Shown one piece after another: positions 1 through 9,500 of a stretch of 64,000 bases of DNA. The number at the start of each line of letters is the position of its first letter. Position 1 is the first letter of the stretch. The DNA lies in contig OZ241346.1 in NCBI GenBank assembly GCA_965199875.1, forward strand, positions 1,098,895 to 1,162,894, given 5' to 3'. The stretch comes from Candidatus Azotimanducaceae bacterium (GTDB lineage: Bacteria > Pseudomonadota > Gammaproteobacteria > Pseudomonadales > Azotimanducaceae). The notes under the pieces were generated by a model. That model did no database searches. It saw only the letters and a list, made by a program, of their open reading frames with translations, and was not told the DNA's origin. The position numbers and the translations under genes were made by a program.

Positions 1-495
1 GTCCGGCGAGCAGTTCAAGAGCGGCGCCTTCCGCTGCACCTCGGCGGTGCTCAGCACTTCGCCGTCGATGCCGTTCAAGCGGTTGGCGTTGACGCGCCGC
101 TCGATGTCGCGCATGTCCTGCAAGGTGTGGCCGAGGTTCAGCACGCCGCGCGGGCTGTACATGACGTTGAAGTTCAGCTCGCGGCTTAGGTTCTGCCACA
201 GCTTCAGCGCGAACTCGTAGAGCTGCGCCGCTTCGTCGCGCAGGTAGTTGGAGCGCACGATGGTGGTGTTGCGGCCGGTGTTGCCACCGCCGAGCCAGCC
301 CTTCTCCACCACCGCCACGTTGCGGATGCCGTGAACCTTGGCCAGGTAGTAGGCGGTGGCCAGGCCGTGTCCGCCGCCGCCAACGACCACCACCTCGTAG
401 GCGCTCTTCGGCGTCGGCTCGCGCCAAACCGGCGGCCAGTTCTCGTGGTGGCGGAGCGCGTGCTTCAGCAGGCCGAATAGCGAGTACCTCTCCAC
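1..495 (-). CDS. soxB: Sarcosine oxidase beta subunit-like FAD oxidoreductase, N-terminal 165 codons; gene continues beyond window start
   Basis: Own minus-strand translation from GTG (495-493): (M)[84 protein letters not shown]... The dinucleotide-binding motif and N-terminus are typical of heterotetrameric sarcosine oxidase beta. An in-frame TAG lies just upstream of the GTG. Absent from the ORF track because there is no stop in the window. Confidence 0.75.
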   Translation of the reverse strand, partial: MERYSLFGLLKHALRHHENWPPVWREPTPKSAYEVVVVGGGGHGLATAYYLAKVHGIRNVAVVEKGWLGGGNTGRNTTIVRSNYLRDEAAQLYEFALKLWQNLSRELNFNVMYSPRGVLNLGHTLQDMRDIERRVNANRLNGIDGEVLSTAEVQRKAPLLNCSPD

Positions 496-544
496 GGCCG
501 GGCCCGCGCCAAGCTACTGCACGCTGCACGCTCGCTCTTTCGCC

Positions 545-2785
545 TTAGGCGACGCGGTAGCCCTCCTCGCTGATCGGCAGGGTGCGGATGCGCTGGCCGG
601 TGGCCGCGTAGATGGCGTTGCAGACCGCCGGCGCAAGCGGCGGAAACGCCGGCTCGCCGAGGCCGGTGGGCAGGAAGTCGCTGTCGATGAAGTGCGCCTC
701 CACTTGCGGCGCGGACGGCATGCGCAGCATCGGATAGCGGTCGAAGTTGGTTTGCTGGGCGCGGCCGTTCTCGAAGGTCACGGCAAGACCCATCATGGTG
801 GAAAGGCCATCCACCACGGAGCCCTGAATCTGGTTCTCGGCGCCGCTCAGGTTGACGATCTGGCCGACGTCCGCCGCCACGGTGACCTTGTGGACCTTCA
901 CCTTCTTCGCCGCATCGACGCTCACGTCCGCCACTTCGGCGATGTGGCCGCCGTGGCTGAAGTAGAAGGCCAGGCCCAGGCCGCGACCCGGCGGCATGGC
1001 CCTGCCCCAGCCGGCTTTCTGCGCCGCCAGCCGGACGACGGCAGCGGCGCGGCCGGTGTGCAGCGCCTGGGGATCGCCTTCCTTGAACCAGCGCGGTTCG
1101 CCCAGCACTTCCAAGAGCACTTCCAGGTGATCGCGGCCAGCGGCGGCGGCCAGCTCGTGCAGGAAGCTCTGCACCACGAAGCCGTAGACGTTGGAGCCGG
1201 GCGCCCGCCAGGCGGCGCAGCGGGTCTTCCAGTCCAAGGCCGTCTGCTCGTAGCGGACGTTGGCGATCAGGCCAGCCGGAAACACCCGTTCGGAAAGGCC
1301 GCCGTTCACCGGCCGCTTGCCGTCGTTGGTGAAGGTGACGAAGCGGTCCCGCCAGGCGGAGACCTTGCCGTCGCCGTCGACGGCGCCGGAGACGTGGTGG
1401 AAGCCGCCGGCGCGAAACAGATCGCAGCACATGTCGTCTTCCCGGGTCCACTGCAGCTTCACCGGCACGCCGGCGCGTTTGGCGATCGCCGCCGCCTCGC
1501 ACATGAAGTCGTTGTACAGGCGGCGTCCAAAGCCGCCGCCGCAGCGGGTCTGGTGGACGGTCACCTTCGAGGCGTCGACGCCCAAGGTATTGGCGATGTT
1601 GCGGGTGCTGAAGCCCGGCGTCTGCGTCGGCGCCCACAGCTCGACGGCGCCGTCGGCGTAGCTGGCCGTGCAGTTCATCGGCTCCAGCTGGGCGTGGCTG
1701 ACGAAGTGGTAGCGATAGGACGCCTGCACGCGCTCGGCGGCGGACTTGAACGCTGCATCGACATCGCCGTGGTCCACCACCCGCTCGCCGGGCTGGTCGC
1801 GCAAGCCTTCGGCGCTCGCCGCGGCAGCGCTCCAGCTGTCGGTGGCGGCGGCGGATTCGTCCCAGTCCACCTGCAAGGCGCGTTTGGCGCGGATCGCCGC
1901 CCAGGTGTTGTCCGCGACGATGGCGACGCCGGGCAGCAGTTCCATCGCGTCGCCATTGCCCTCGAAGACGAAGGCGTCGTGGACGCCCGGCAGCTTCTTG
2001 ATCGCCTCCAGATTGGCGGACTTCACCTTGCCGCCGATGGCCGGGCACTTGGTGTAGGTGGCGATCTTCATGCCGGGCAGGGTCTGATCGATGCCGAACA
2101 GCGGCTCGCCGCGCACCAGGGCGTCGTTGTCCACGCCGGTGATGCGCTTGCCGAGCAGACGGAACTGGCCGCGCTCCTTGAGTTCAAGGGACTCCGCCTC
2201 CGGCACCGGCATGGCAGCCGCCTCGGCGGCGAGTTCGGTGTAGGCCAGCTTGCGGCCGCTCGCTTCGTGCAGCACATGGCTGTCCTTGGTGGCGAGTTCG
2301 TCGGCCGGCACCTCCCAGCGGGAAGCAGCGGCGCCCACCAGCATCGCCCTGGCCGTGGCGCCCGCCTGGCGCAGGGACATCCAGTTCATCGGAATGGACA
2401 TCGAGCCGCCGGCGAACTGCGGCCCGTAGGTGGCCTGGTCGATGGGCGCTTGCAGCACCTGCACGTCGCGCCAGGCGGCGTCCAGCTCTTCGGCGAGGAT
2501 CATCGGCAGCGACGTCTTCACCCCTTGGCCGATCTCCGGATTCTTGGCGTAGAGCAGGATGCCTTCACGGTCGATGCGAACGTAGCCATTCGGTTGCAGC
2601 GGCCCGCCCTTGGCGGCCGCGGCCCGGGGCAGCGAGAAGGCGAGCATCAGGCCGCCGCCGACCAGCCCGGTGAGCTTCATGAACTGCCGACGGCCAAGCT
2701 TGGCGATGCGCAGGGCGGAGGGAGTGCCGCGGGCGTCGTTGACCGCGGCGAAGGTGTCGTGGATGCCTTGATAGTTCAACGTCAT
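545..2785 (-). CDS. Aldehyde oxidase/xanthine dehydrogenase-family molybdopterin-binding large subunit (isoquinoline 1-oxidoreductase beta-like), Tat-exported
   Basis: Frame of track ORF 545..3481. Start taken at ATG 2785-2783 (MTLNYQG...) because the upstream part is Arg/Pro-rich junk. Twin-arginine signal GRRQFMKLTGLVGGG; conserved blocks such as QTRCGGGFGRR and WRAPGSN. Confidence 0.85.
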   Translation of the reverse strand: MTLNYQGIHDTFAAVNDARGTPSALRIAKLGRRQFMKLTGLVGGGLMLAFSLPRAAAAKGGPLQPNGYVRIDREGILLYAKNPEIGQGVKTSLPMILAEELDAAWRDVQVLQAPIDQATYGPQFAGGSMSIPMNWMSLRQAGATARAMLVGAAASRWEVPADELATKDSHVLHEASGRKLAYTELAAEAAAMPVPEAESLELKERGQFRLLGKRITGVDNDALVRGEPLFGIDQTLPGMKIATYTKCPAIGGKVKSANLEAIKKLPGVHDAFVFEGNGDAMELLPGVAIVADNTWAAIRAKRALQVDWDESAAATDSWSAAAASAEGLRDQPGERVVDHGDVDAAFKSAAERVQASYRYHFVSHAQLEPMNCTASYADGAVELWAPTQTPGFSTRNIANTLGVDASKVTVHQTRCGGGFGRRLYNDFMCEAAAIAKRAGVPVKLQWTREDDMCCDLFRAGGFHHVSGAVDGDGKVSAWRDRFVTFTNDGKRPVNGGLSERVFPAGLIANVRYEQTALDWKTRCAAWRAPGSNVYGFVVQSFLHELAAAAGRDHLEVLLEVLGEPRWFKEGDPQALHTGRAAAVVRLAAQKAGWGRAMPPGRGLGLAFYFSHGGHIAEVADVSVDAAKKVKVHKVTVAADVGQIVNLSGAENQIQGSVVDGLSTMMGLAVTFENGRAQQTNFDRYPMLRMPSAPQVEAHFIDSDFLPTGLGEPAFPPLAPAVCNAIYAATGQRIRTLPISEEGYRVA

Positions 2786-2796
2786 TGGAAGCCTCC

Positions 2797-3255
2797 TCAC
2801 GCGCTCTTGGCGGCGGTCTTCACCGCTTGGCGAATGCGCTGGTAGGTGCCGCAGCGGCAGATGTTCGCCGCCATCGCTTCGTCGATTTCGGCGTCGCTGG
2901 GGTTCGGGTTGCGCCGCAGCAGGCCTTCCGCGGCCATGATCTGGCCGCTTTGGCAGTAGCCGCACTGGGCGACGTCGAGGTCCACCCAGGCCTGCTGCAC
3001 CGGACCGAGTTCGCCGCTTGGCCGTGCCAGCCCCTCGATGGTGGTGATTTCGCCCGTCGCCGACGCCGCCGGATAGGAACACGAACGCACCGGCGCGCCG
3101 TCCACCAGCACCGTGCAGGCGCCGCACTGGTTGATGCCGCAGCCGAACTTCGTTCCCACCAGCCCCAGTTCGTCGCGCAGCACCCACAAGAGCGGCGTCG
3201 ATTCGTCGACCCCTTCCAGCTGGCGCTCTTCGCCATTGACCTTCAAGCGCAACAT
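2797..3255 (-). CDS. [2Fe-2S]-binding small subunit of the molybdopterin oxidoreductase (IorA/CoxS-like)
   Basis: 152-aa ORF ([10 protein letters not shown]...) inside track ORF 2797..3903. Two Fe-S Cys clusters: [12 protein letters not shown] and [10 protein letters not shown]...CRCGTY. 11-nt gap to the large subunit. Confidence 0.88.
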   Translation of the reverse strand: MLRLKVNGEERQLEGVDESTPLLWVLRDELGLVGTKFGCGINQCGACTVLVDGAPVRSCSYPAASATGEITTIEGLARPSGELGPVQQAWVDLDVAQCGYCQSGQIMAAEGLLRRNPNPSDAEIDEAMAANICRCGTYQRIRQAVKTAAKSA

Positions 3256-3375
3256 CTTCCCCTCCGTGCAGCCAAACCTTGGCAAGTGCCCGCAGTGTAC
3301 TCCTATTGCGCCACTGGCAAAGCGACGCACTGGCGGCCAAACTCCGCTTCTTTGTAGACGTGTTAGGTTGGCGCG

Positions 3376-3612
3376 GTGTTTCCGGCAGAGGCAGCCGTGA
3401 TCCACCCAACATCGCGCTGGTGCGCGTTCGAGGCGGCCTACCGTCGCGAAGCCTGGCGCCAGCTGAGCTACCGGGAAGCACTGTCCCTGTTCGAGGCGCT
3501 GTGGGCGGAGGCGCGGGAACTCGATCCGCGCCTCGGCGAAGACTGGCGCGAGGAGCTGGCGGCGGACCTGGCGCTGGCGCGAGCGATCAATGGCCTCCCG
3601 CCCACTGCCTGA
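3376..3612 (+). CDS. Small hypothetical protein (78 aa), overlaps the downstream nucleotidyltransferase gene
   Basis: Track ORF 3376..3612 with GTG start. Helical-looking, acidic/Arg-rich sequence (...[41 protein letters not shown]). 23-nt overlap with the next gene. No family recognised. Confidence 0.4.
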   Translation: MFPAEAAVIHPTSRWCAFEAAYRREAWRQLSYREALSLFEALWAEARELDPRLGEDWREELAADLALARAINGLPPTA

Positions 3613-4165
3613 TTTCGCGCCGCTGCTCGCCGGCATTGCCCGGGAGCTTCGCGCCCGCCGGCTGCCGTTCATGTTCGTCGGCGGCCAGGCAGTGCTGCTG
3701 CACGGCGCGCCGCGTTTGACGACCGACATCGACCTGACCCTTGGCATCGGGCCCCAGGACATCGCCAGCGTCGAGGCCGCCTGCCGCCGCCTTGAACTGG
3801 CGTCGCTGGTGCCAGAGCCCGCGTCGTTCGCCACGGAAACGTTCGTCTGGCCTACGCGCCACCCGCCAACCGGCATCCGCGTGGACTTCATCTTCTCCAA
3901 CACAGCCTACGAGCAGGCCGCGATTGCCCGCGCCACTCATGTCGAACTGGCCGGCGCAAGCCTGCCGGTCGCCGCGCCGGAGGATCTGATCCTGCTCAAG
4001 CTGTTCGCCGGTCGGCCGCGCGATGTCGAGGACGCTCGTTCGGTAGTCGATCGCCAAGGCGAGCGTCTGAACTGGCCCTACCTGGAACACTGGGCCGGGG
4101 AGTTCTCGGCGATACCGGGGCGGGAGGATCTTCCAGCGCAAGTTCGAGCGCTTCGTAGCGCCTAG
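3590..4165 (+). CDS. Minimal nucleotidyltransferase-fold protein (MNT/DUF6036-like)
   Basis: Track ORF. Motif [24 protein letters not shown] (GG..A..HG..R.T.DID signature of pol-beta-type nucleotidyltransferases) and C-terminal [23 protein letters not shown]. Confidence 0.6.
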   Translation: MASRPLPDFAPLLAGIARELRARRLPFMFVGGQAVLLHGAPRLTTDIDLTLGIGPQDIASVEAACRRLELASLVPEPASFATETFVWPTRHPPTGIRVDFIFSNTAYEQAAIARATHVELAGASLPVAAPEDLILLKLFAGRPRDVEDARSVVDRQGERLNWPYLEHWAGEFSAIPGREDLPAQVRALRSA

Positions 4166-6414
4166 CCCAGTCCGGCTCTCCGCCAGCTCCTGCGCCGCCG
4201 GCTACTCCGGCTCCTGCTCGTTCGCCTGCAGCGTCGGCGACTGGACCAAGACCCGCAACGACTGCCGCCCCGACGACTGCCCGGCGGCGACCACGGCCGG
4301 CTGCGCGCGCCCCACCACCCAGTCCGGCTACTCCGGCTCCTGCTCGTTCGCCTGCAGCCTGGGCGCCTGGACCGAGACCAGCAACTCCTGCAAGCCCCGG
4401 GGCTGCCCGGCGGCGACCAGGAGCGCCAGCGGGGTCGGCGCCGGCACGGTGGCGTACCGGGTGCCGGCGAACGAGGGCTGGGAGCGCGAGGCGGCGCTGG
4501 CGGTGGCCGGGCGGATGGTCGTCGCCGTGCAGCCCGGAACTCGGCTGGCGAAGCCGGCGTGCGAACGCAGCGCCGCCGTGCGCGAAGCGCTCGAGGCCGA
4601 GCTGGGCTCCTCCTGCGCGGACATCTCCGCGGCGGACCTCCGGGAGATCGCGGAGCTGCGTCTGCGCGACGTCCATCCCGGCGACCTCGACGGCCTGTCG
4701 AACCTCGCCCGGCTGCAACTGGCGCCGCCATCGGGCTGGACGCTGCAGGCCGGCACGTTCGACGGCCTGGCCGGTTTGCAGATGCTGAACGTATTCGGCT
4801 GGAACGTGCTGCTGCAGCCCGGCTCGTTTCGAGGCTTGGCAAACCTGCACCATCTCGTCGTCCTGTCGAACAGGTTCGACGGCGCCGACGCCCTCCCGCC
4901 GCTCCGGCTGGGCGTCTTCGAGGGCATGCCGCGGCTGCGCCACTTGCGGCTCATCGACGCCAGCCGCGCCGCGATCGAGCCCGGCCTTTTTCGACGGGCT
5001 CGCCGAGCTGAACGAGCTGTTCGTGGGCGGGGGGCGGCTGGCGCGCCTGCCGGCGGGCATGTTCCGCGGCCTGCCGAATCTGCGCCGGCTGGAAGTGGAC
5101 ATGAGCGACGGCAGCTCGCCGGTCACCATGGCGGCAGGCGTGTTCGAGGGACTGGCGAACCTCGAGGACCTCCGGCTCAATTCCCTCGCAGCGGTGCCTC
5201 CGGGCGTGTTCGCGGGCTTGTCCGAACTGCGGATGCTCTGGCTGCGCCGCAACGCCTTCACGTCGCTGGAGGCGGGCGTGTTCGAGGGACTGTCGTCGCT
5301 CGAACACCTCCGTCTCGACAACGCGCGGTACCCCCACAGCCCGCATCGGCAGGAACTGGCGTCGCTGCCGCCGGGGCTGTTCGCCGGACTGCCCCTGCTA
5401 AGCTGGCTGCATCTGACGGACGTGGGGCTGCGCGAGCTGCGGCCAGGAGCGTTCCGCGAACTCGAGAGGCTCTCCTATCTCCACCTCGAAAACAACCAGC
5501 TAACCGAGCTGGCGCCGGAGACGTTCGACGGCGTACGGCTCGGCGGTCTCGACTTGCACGGCAACCGGCTGGCGTCGCTGCCGGCGGGGCTGTTCGAAGA
5601 CCACCCCATGCTGTATTGGGTGAACCTGTCCCACAACCGGCTGAACGCGCTGCCCCCCGGCCTGTTCGTCGGCGCCGGCGGTAGGCAGCGCGGCGGCATG
5701 GCCGTGGCCCTGCACGGCAATCCGGGCGCGCCGTTCCGCCTCGCCCTCGAACCGGTCGTCGCGTCTGCCGCGTGGCAGCGCCCGGCGCGGGTCGCAGTGC
5801 GAATCGCGGAGGGCGCACCGTTCCGGATGGACGTGGGGCTTGCGGCCGCCGGCGGCCACTTGGAGACGGACGTCGCAACGGTCGCGCACGCGACGCCCCT
5901 CAGCGGCGCCGTCGCCGCGTCGCCGGCCGGCAGTGCGCCGGTGATCGTCCGGGTCGGCGGGATTCCGGAGGTGCCCGGGGCGGACTGCGCGGACATCGTG
6001 GATGCCGGCAAGTTCTGCGGACCGGCGCCCCAGGCCGGCGGCTTCGGGCGGCACTACACGGGCATCCAGCTGGCGGCCGGCAGGCCCCTCGTGCTCAACG
6101 GCGTGGCGCCAAGGCAGGAGTTCGACGAACCGATGGAGATCGACCTCTCGAACGTGTTCCTGGAGTTCGACGGCTCGGACGCGGCGGCGTTCGCGGTTCG
6201 CGTGAGCGACCCCGCGGTGGCCACGGCGGAGATCGCGGGCGCGCTGCTGCGGGTGGCCCCGGCGGACCACGGCACGGCGACGGTCGCGGTGACGGCGACC
6301 GCGGCGGACGGCCGGACGGCGACGCGGACCTTCGCCGTCGCGGTGCCGCGCCAGCCGCGCTTCCTGCGCGGCTGGCGGCTGTGGCTGCTGGACGACGGCG
6401 GCGGAGGCGGCTGA
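4164..6414 (+). pseudogene. Decayed, 5'-truncated and frameshifted member ('paralog 0') of the LRR/Ig paralog family
   Basis: The frame is open from 4071 but has no ATG/GTG/TTG before 4449. My translation of 4164-4448 gives two Cys-rich units (GYSGSCSFACS.G.WT.T.N.C.P..CPAAT). These are followed by ...GTVAYRVPANEGWEREAALAVAGRM, LRRs, an Ig-like domain and the family tail FLRGWRLWLLDDGGGGG*. The frame switches between track ORFs 4449..5684 and 5023..6414 at a T5 run (4987-4991); intact paralogs read ggc ctg ttc gac there. No signal peptide or metzincin domain. Confidence 0.75.
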
Positions 6415-6526
6415 GGGCGGTTGCGCAAGCGGCCCCAGCCCTCGAATGCGGTAGCCCTCAAAGCACGGCACACGGCGCCGGCTCGGATTTGCGGCGCAAG
6501 CGGGGCGGCGCTAGAGTTCGGGCACG

Positions 6527-9500
6527 TTGTCGACGGAGTTCGGCTTGGCGCCGGGAGTGCGAGTCTGGACGCGCATCGCGGGCTGCGCGCTCGCGGCCTG
6601 CGCCGCTGGCGCGGCGGCGCCGGGCGGCCCGGCGATCCTGGTCGGCGAGGCGGAGGTCCGCCCGGGCGGCACGGCGACGCTGACGCTGCGGGCGTTCGGA
6701 GGCGCCGGCGAGGCGGTGCAGCTGGCGGCGAGCGCGGAGCCGGCGCCGTTGTGGCTGGCGGAGGCGGAGTGGACCGCCGGCCCGTCGGCCGCGCCGCGCC
6801 TCGACATCGAGCTCTCGCCGCCGGCCGACGCCGCGCCGGGCGTCTACGCGCTGACGGCGCATGCCACGAACGGCGCCGGCCTCACCACGCAGGCGGTGGC
6901 CGCGTGGCGGGTGCTGCCGCGCTGCGCCGGCGCGGAGCGCGACGCCGGCGGCGCGTGCCGCGAGTGCCCGCCGGACCGGACGCCGAACGCGGCGGGGACG
7001 GGTTGCGATCCGTGTCCGCCGGGCACGCGGCGCGGCGCGGGCGAGGCGGCGTGCGCGGGCTGTCCGGCCGGCGGCGCGGCCGGGGCCTGCGGCGGCGCGA
7101 AGGCGCGGTCCTGGAAGCGCGGGGCGGCGTCGGCGGCGGGCGCCGAGGCGCAGCCGGCGCTGGTTCTGTCGGCAAGCCCTGCGGAGCTGACCGAGTCGGA
7201 CGCGGCGGCGGCGGTGACGGTGACGGCGACGCTGTCGGCGCCGGCGGCGTCGCGGCTGGAGGTTCCGCTGACGTTCGGCGGCACGGCGGCGGCGGGCGAC
7301 TACGCGGTTTCGGGGGAGCGTCGCGTGGTCGTCGCGGCGGGTTCGCGGAGCGCCAGCACGACGCTGCGGGTGACGGCGGTGGACGACGTCGAGGCGGACG
7401 GGGGCGAGACCATCGTGATCGGCACGTCGCTGGCGGGCCGCGCGGTGACGGAGGCGACGCTGACGCTGCGCGAGCCGGCGGGGCCGCTGCTGGTCGTGCA
7501 CGTGGACGGCGAGGCTCTGGCGCCGTCGTCGGCGTGCGGCGGGTTCGGCCGGCTGTGCCTGCCGGAGACGTCGCTGCAGGCGGGTCTGACGCTGGAGCTG
7601 CGCCATCCGCCGGCGCATGCGTACCGGAAGTGCCGCGTGGAGGTGGGAGACGGCCCGAACACGGCGCGCCAGGCGCAGCGGAGCCGCGGCCGGCGCCACG
7701 ACTACGACATCTTCGCGTCGGATCCTTCGCGGCAGGGCTACCACCTCAACAGCGGCGAGGACAGGACGCTGAGCGTGTCCGGCTGGTGGCTGCACGTGGA
7801 GCACGACGGGGAGGAGGAAGGGCCGGAGTCGCTGACGCTGCGCGGCAAGTGCGGCGGCAGTCCGAACAACCGGGCGCACCGGGATCTGCGCTGGGCGCCG
7901 ACGACGGTGTGGATCGCGGACGTGCCGTGGCCGAAGCTGACGGTGGAGCGGCCGTCGGGAGGGCGGGTGTCGGGCGCGGGCGTCGACTGCGGTTCGGGCG
8001 GCGGCGTCGACTGCGAGGAGTCCTACGCGACGGGCAGCGTGGCGGAGCTGTCGGCGGCGGCGGACGCGCACCACCGCTTCGCCGGCTGGGGCGGCGCGTG
8101 TTCGGGAAGCGCGGCGTCCTGCACGGTGGAGCTGGACGCGGACCGGCGGGTGTCGGCGTCGTTCGAGGCGACCAGCCACCTGCTGACGGTGGAGCGTCCG
8201 GAGCACGGGCGGGTGACGGGTTCGGGCATCGACTGCGGTTCGGGTTCGGGTTCGGACTGCGCGGAGCGGCTGGCCGCGGGGGCGACGGCGCGGCTGTCGG
8301 CGGCGGCGGACGCCAACCACCGTCTGCTGGGCTGGACGGGTGCGTGCGCGGGAACGGCGGGGGCGTCGTGCGCGGTGGCGATGGACGGGGCGAAGACGGC
8401 GGGCGCGGAGTTCGGGGCGGAGCAGCGCTGGCTGTGGGTGTCGCCGCCGCGGCGCGGGCGGATCGCCGGTCCGGGCATCGACTGCGGGAGCGGCTCGTCG
8501 GACTGCACGGAGCAGTACGACCACGGCGCGGAGGTGGAGCTGACGGCGACGGCGGACGCCAACCACGAGCTGGCGTCGTGGAGCGGCGCCTGCGAAGGCG
8601 CGGAGGCGTCCTGCGCGCTGAGGATGGAGTCGAACCTTGCGGCGGGCGCGGACTTCGCCCTGGTTCGGCGGACGCTGACGGTGGAGCGCCCGGCCAACGG
8701 GCACGTGGCGGCGAAGGGGGTGGACTGCGGTTCGGGGACGCGCGCCGCGTGCTCGACGAGCAAGGCCCACGGCAGCGTGGTGGTGGCGGTGGCGACGGCG
8801 GACGAGGGCTACGAGTTCGAGTCGTGGACGGGCGCCTGCGGCGCCGCGCGGTGGCCGAAGTGCCAGCTGAGGCTGGACGGCGACCTGACCGTGGGCGCGA
8901 CGTTCAAGCGGGCGAAGCGGACGCTGACGGTGGCGCCGCCGGCGAACGGGCACGTGGCGGGGCCGGGCATCGGCTGCGGCTCCGGCAGCCGGACGGACTG
9001 CACGGAGCAGTACGACCACGGCACGGAGGCGGAGCTGACGGCGGTGCCGGACCCCAACCGCCGGCTCTCCGCGTGGAGCGGCGCCTGCTCCGCCAGCGCC
9101 ACCACCACCTGCACGGTCGCCATGGACGCCGACAAGACCGTCGGCGCGGCGTTCGTCTGGGTGAAGCGCACGCTGACCGTCGAACGCCCCGCCCACGGAC
9201 ACGTTACCGGCGCCGGCATCAGCTGCGGCGCCGGCGACCGGACGGACTGCACGGAGCAGTACGACCACGGCACGGAGGTGAAGCTGACGGCGGTGCCGGA
9301 CCCCAACCGCCGGCTCTCCGCGTGGAGCGGCGCCTGCTCCGGCAGCGCCACCACCACCTGCACGGTCGCCATGGACGCCGACAAGGCCGTCGGCGCGGCG
9401 TTCGTCTGGGAGAAGCGCACGCTGACCGTCGCCCGGCCCGCCCACGGCCACGTCGCCGGCGCCGGCATCAGCTGCGGCGCCGGCGACCGGACGGACTGCA

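Noticed and set aside
465..2845. Track ORFs 465..2048 (-) and 692..2845 (+) overlapping the molybdopterin subunit gene
   Set aside because: Arg-rich, low-complexity translations. The 545..2785 frame has unmistakable aldehyde-oxidase family motifs and a Tat signal.
6414..6527. Promoter for the giant operon in the 113-nt gap after paralog 0 (contains the 8-nt palindrome ttgcgcaa at 6421-6428)
   Set aside because: No convincing -35/-10 or sigma54 element could be read by eye, so the promoter is left unannotated.
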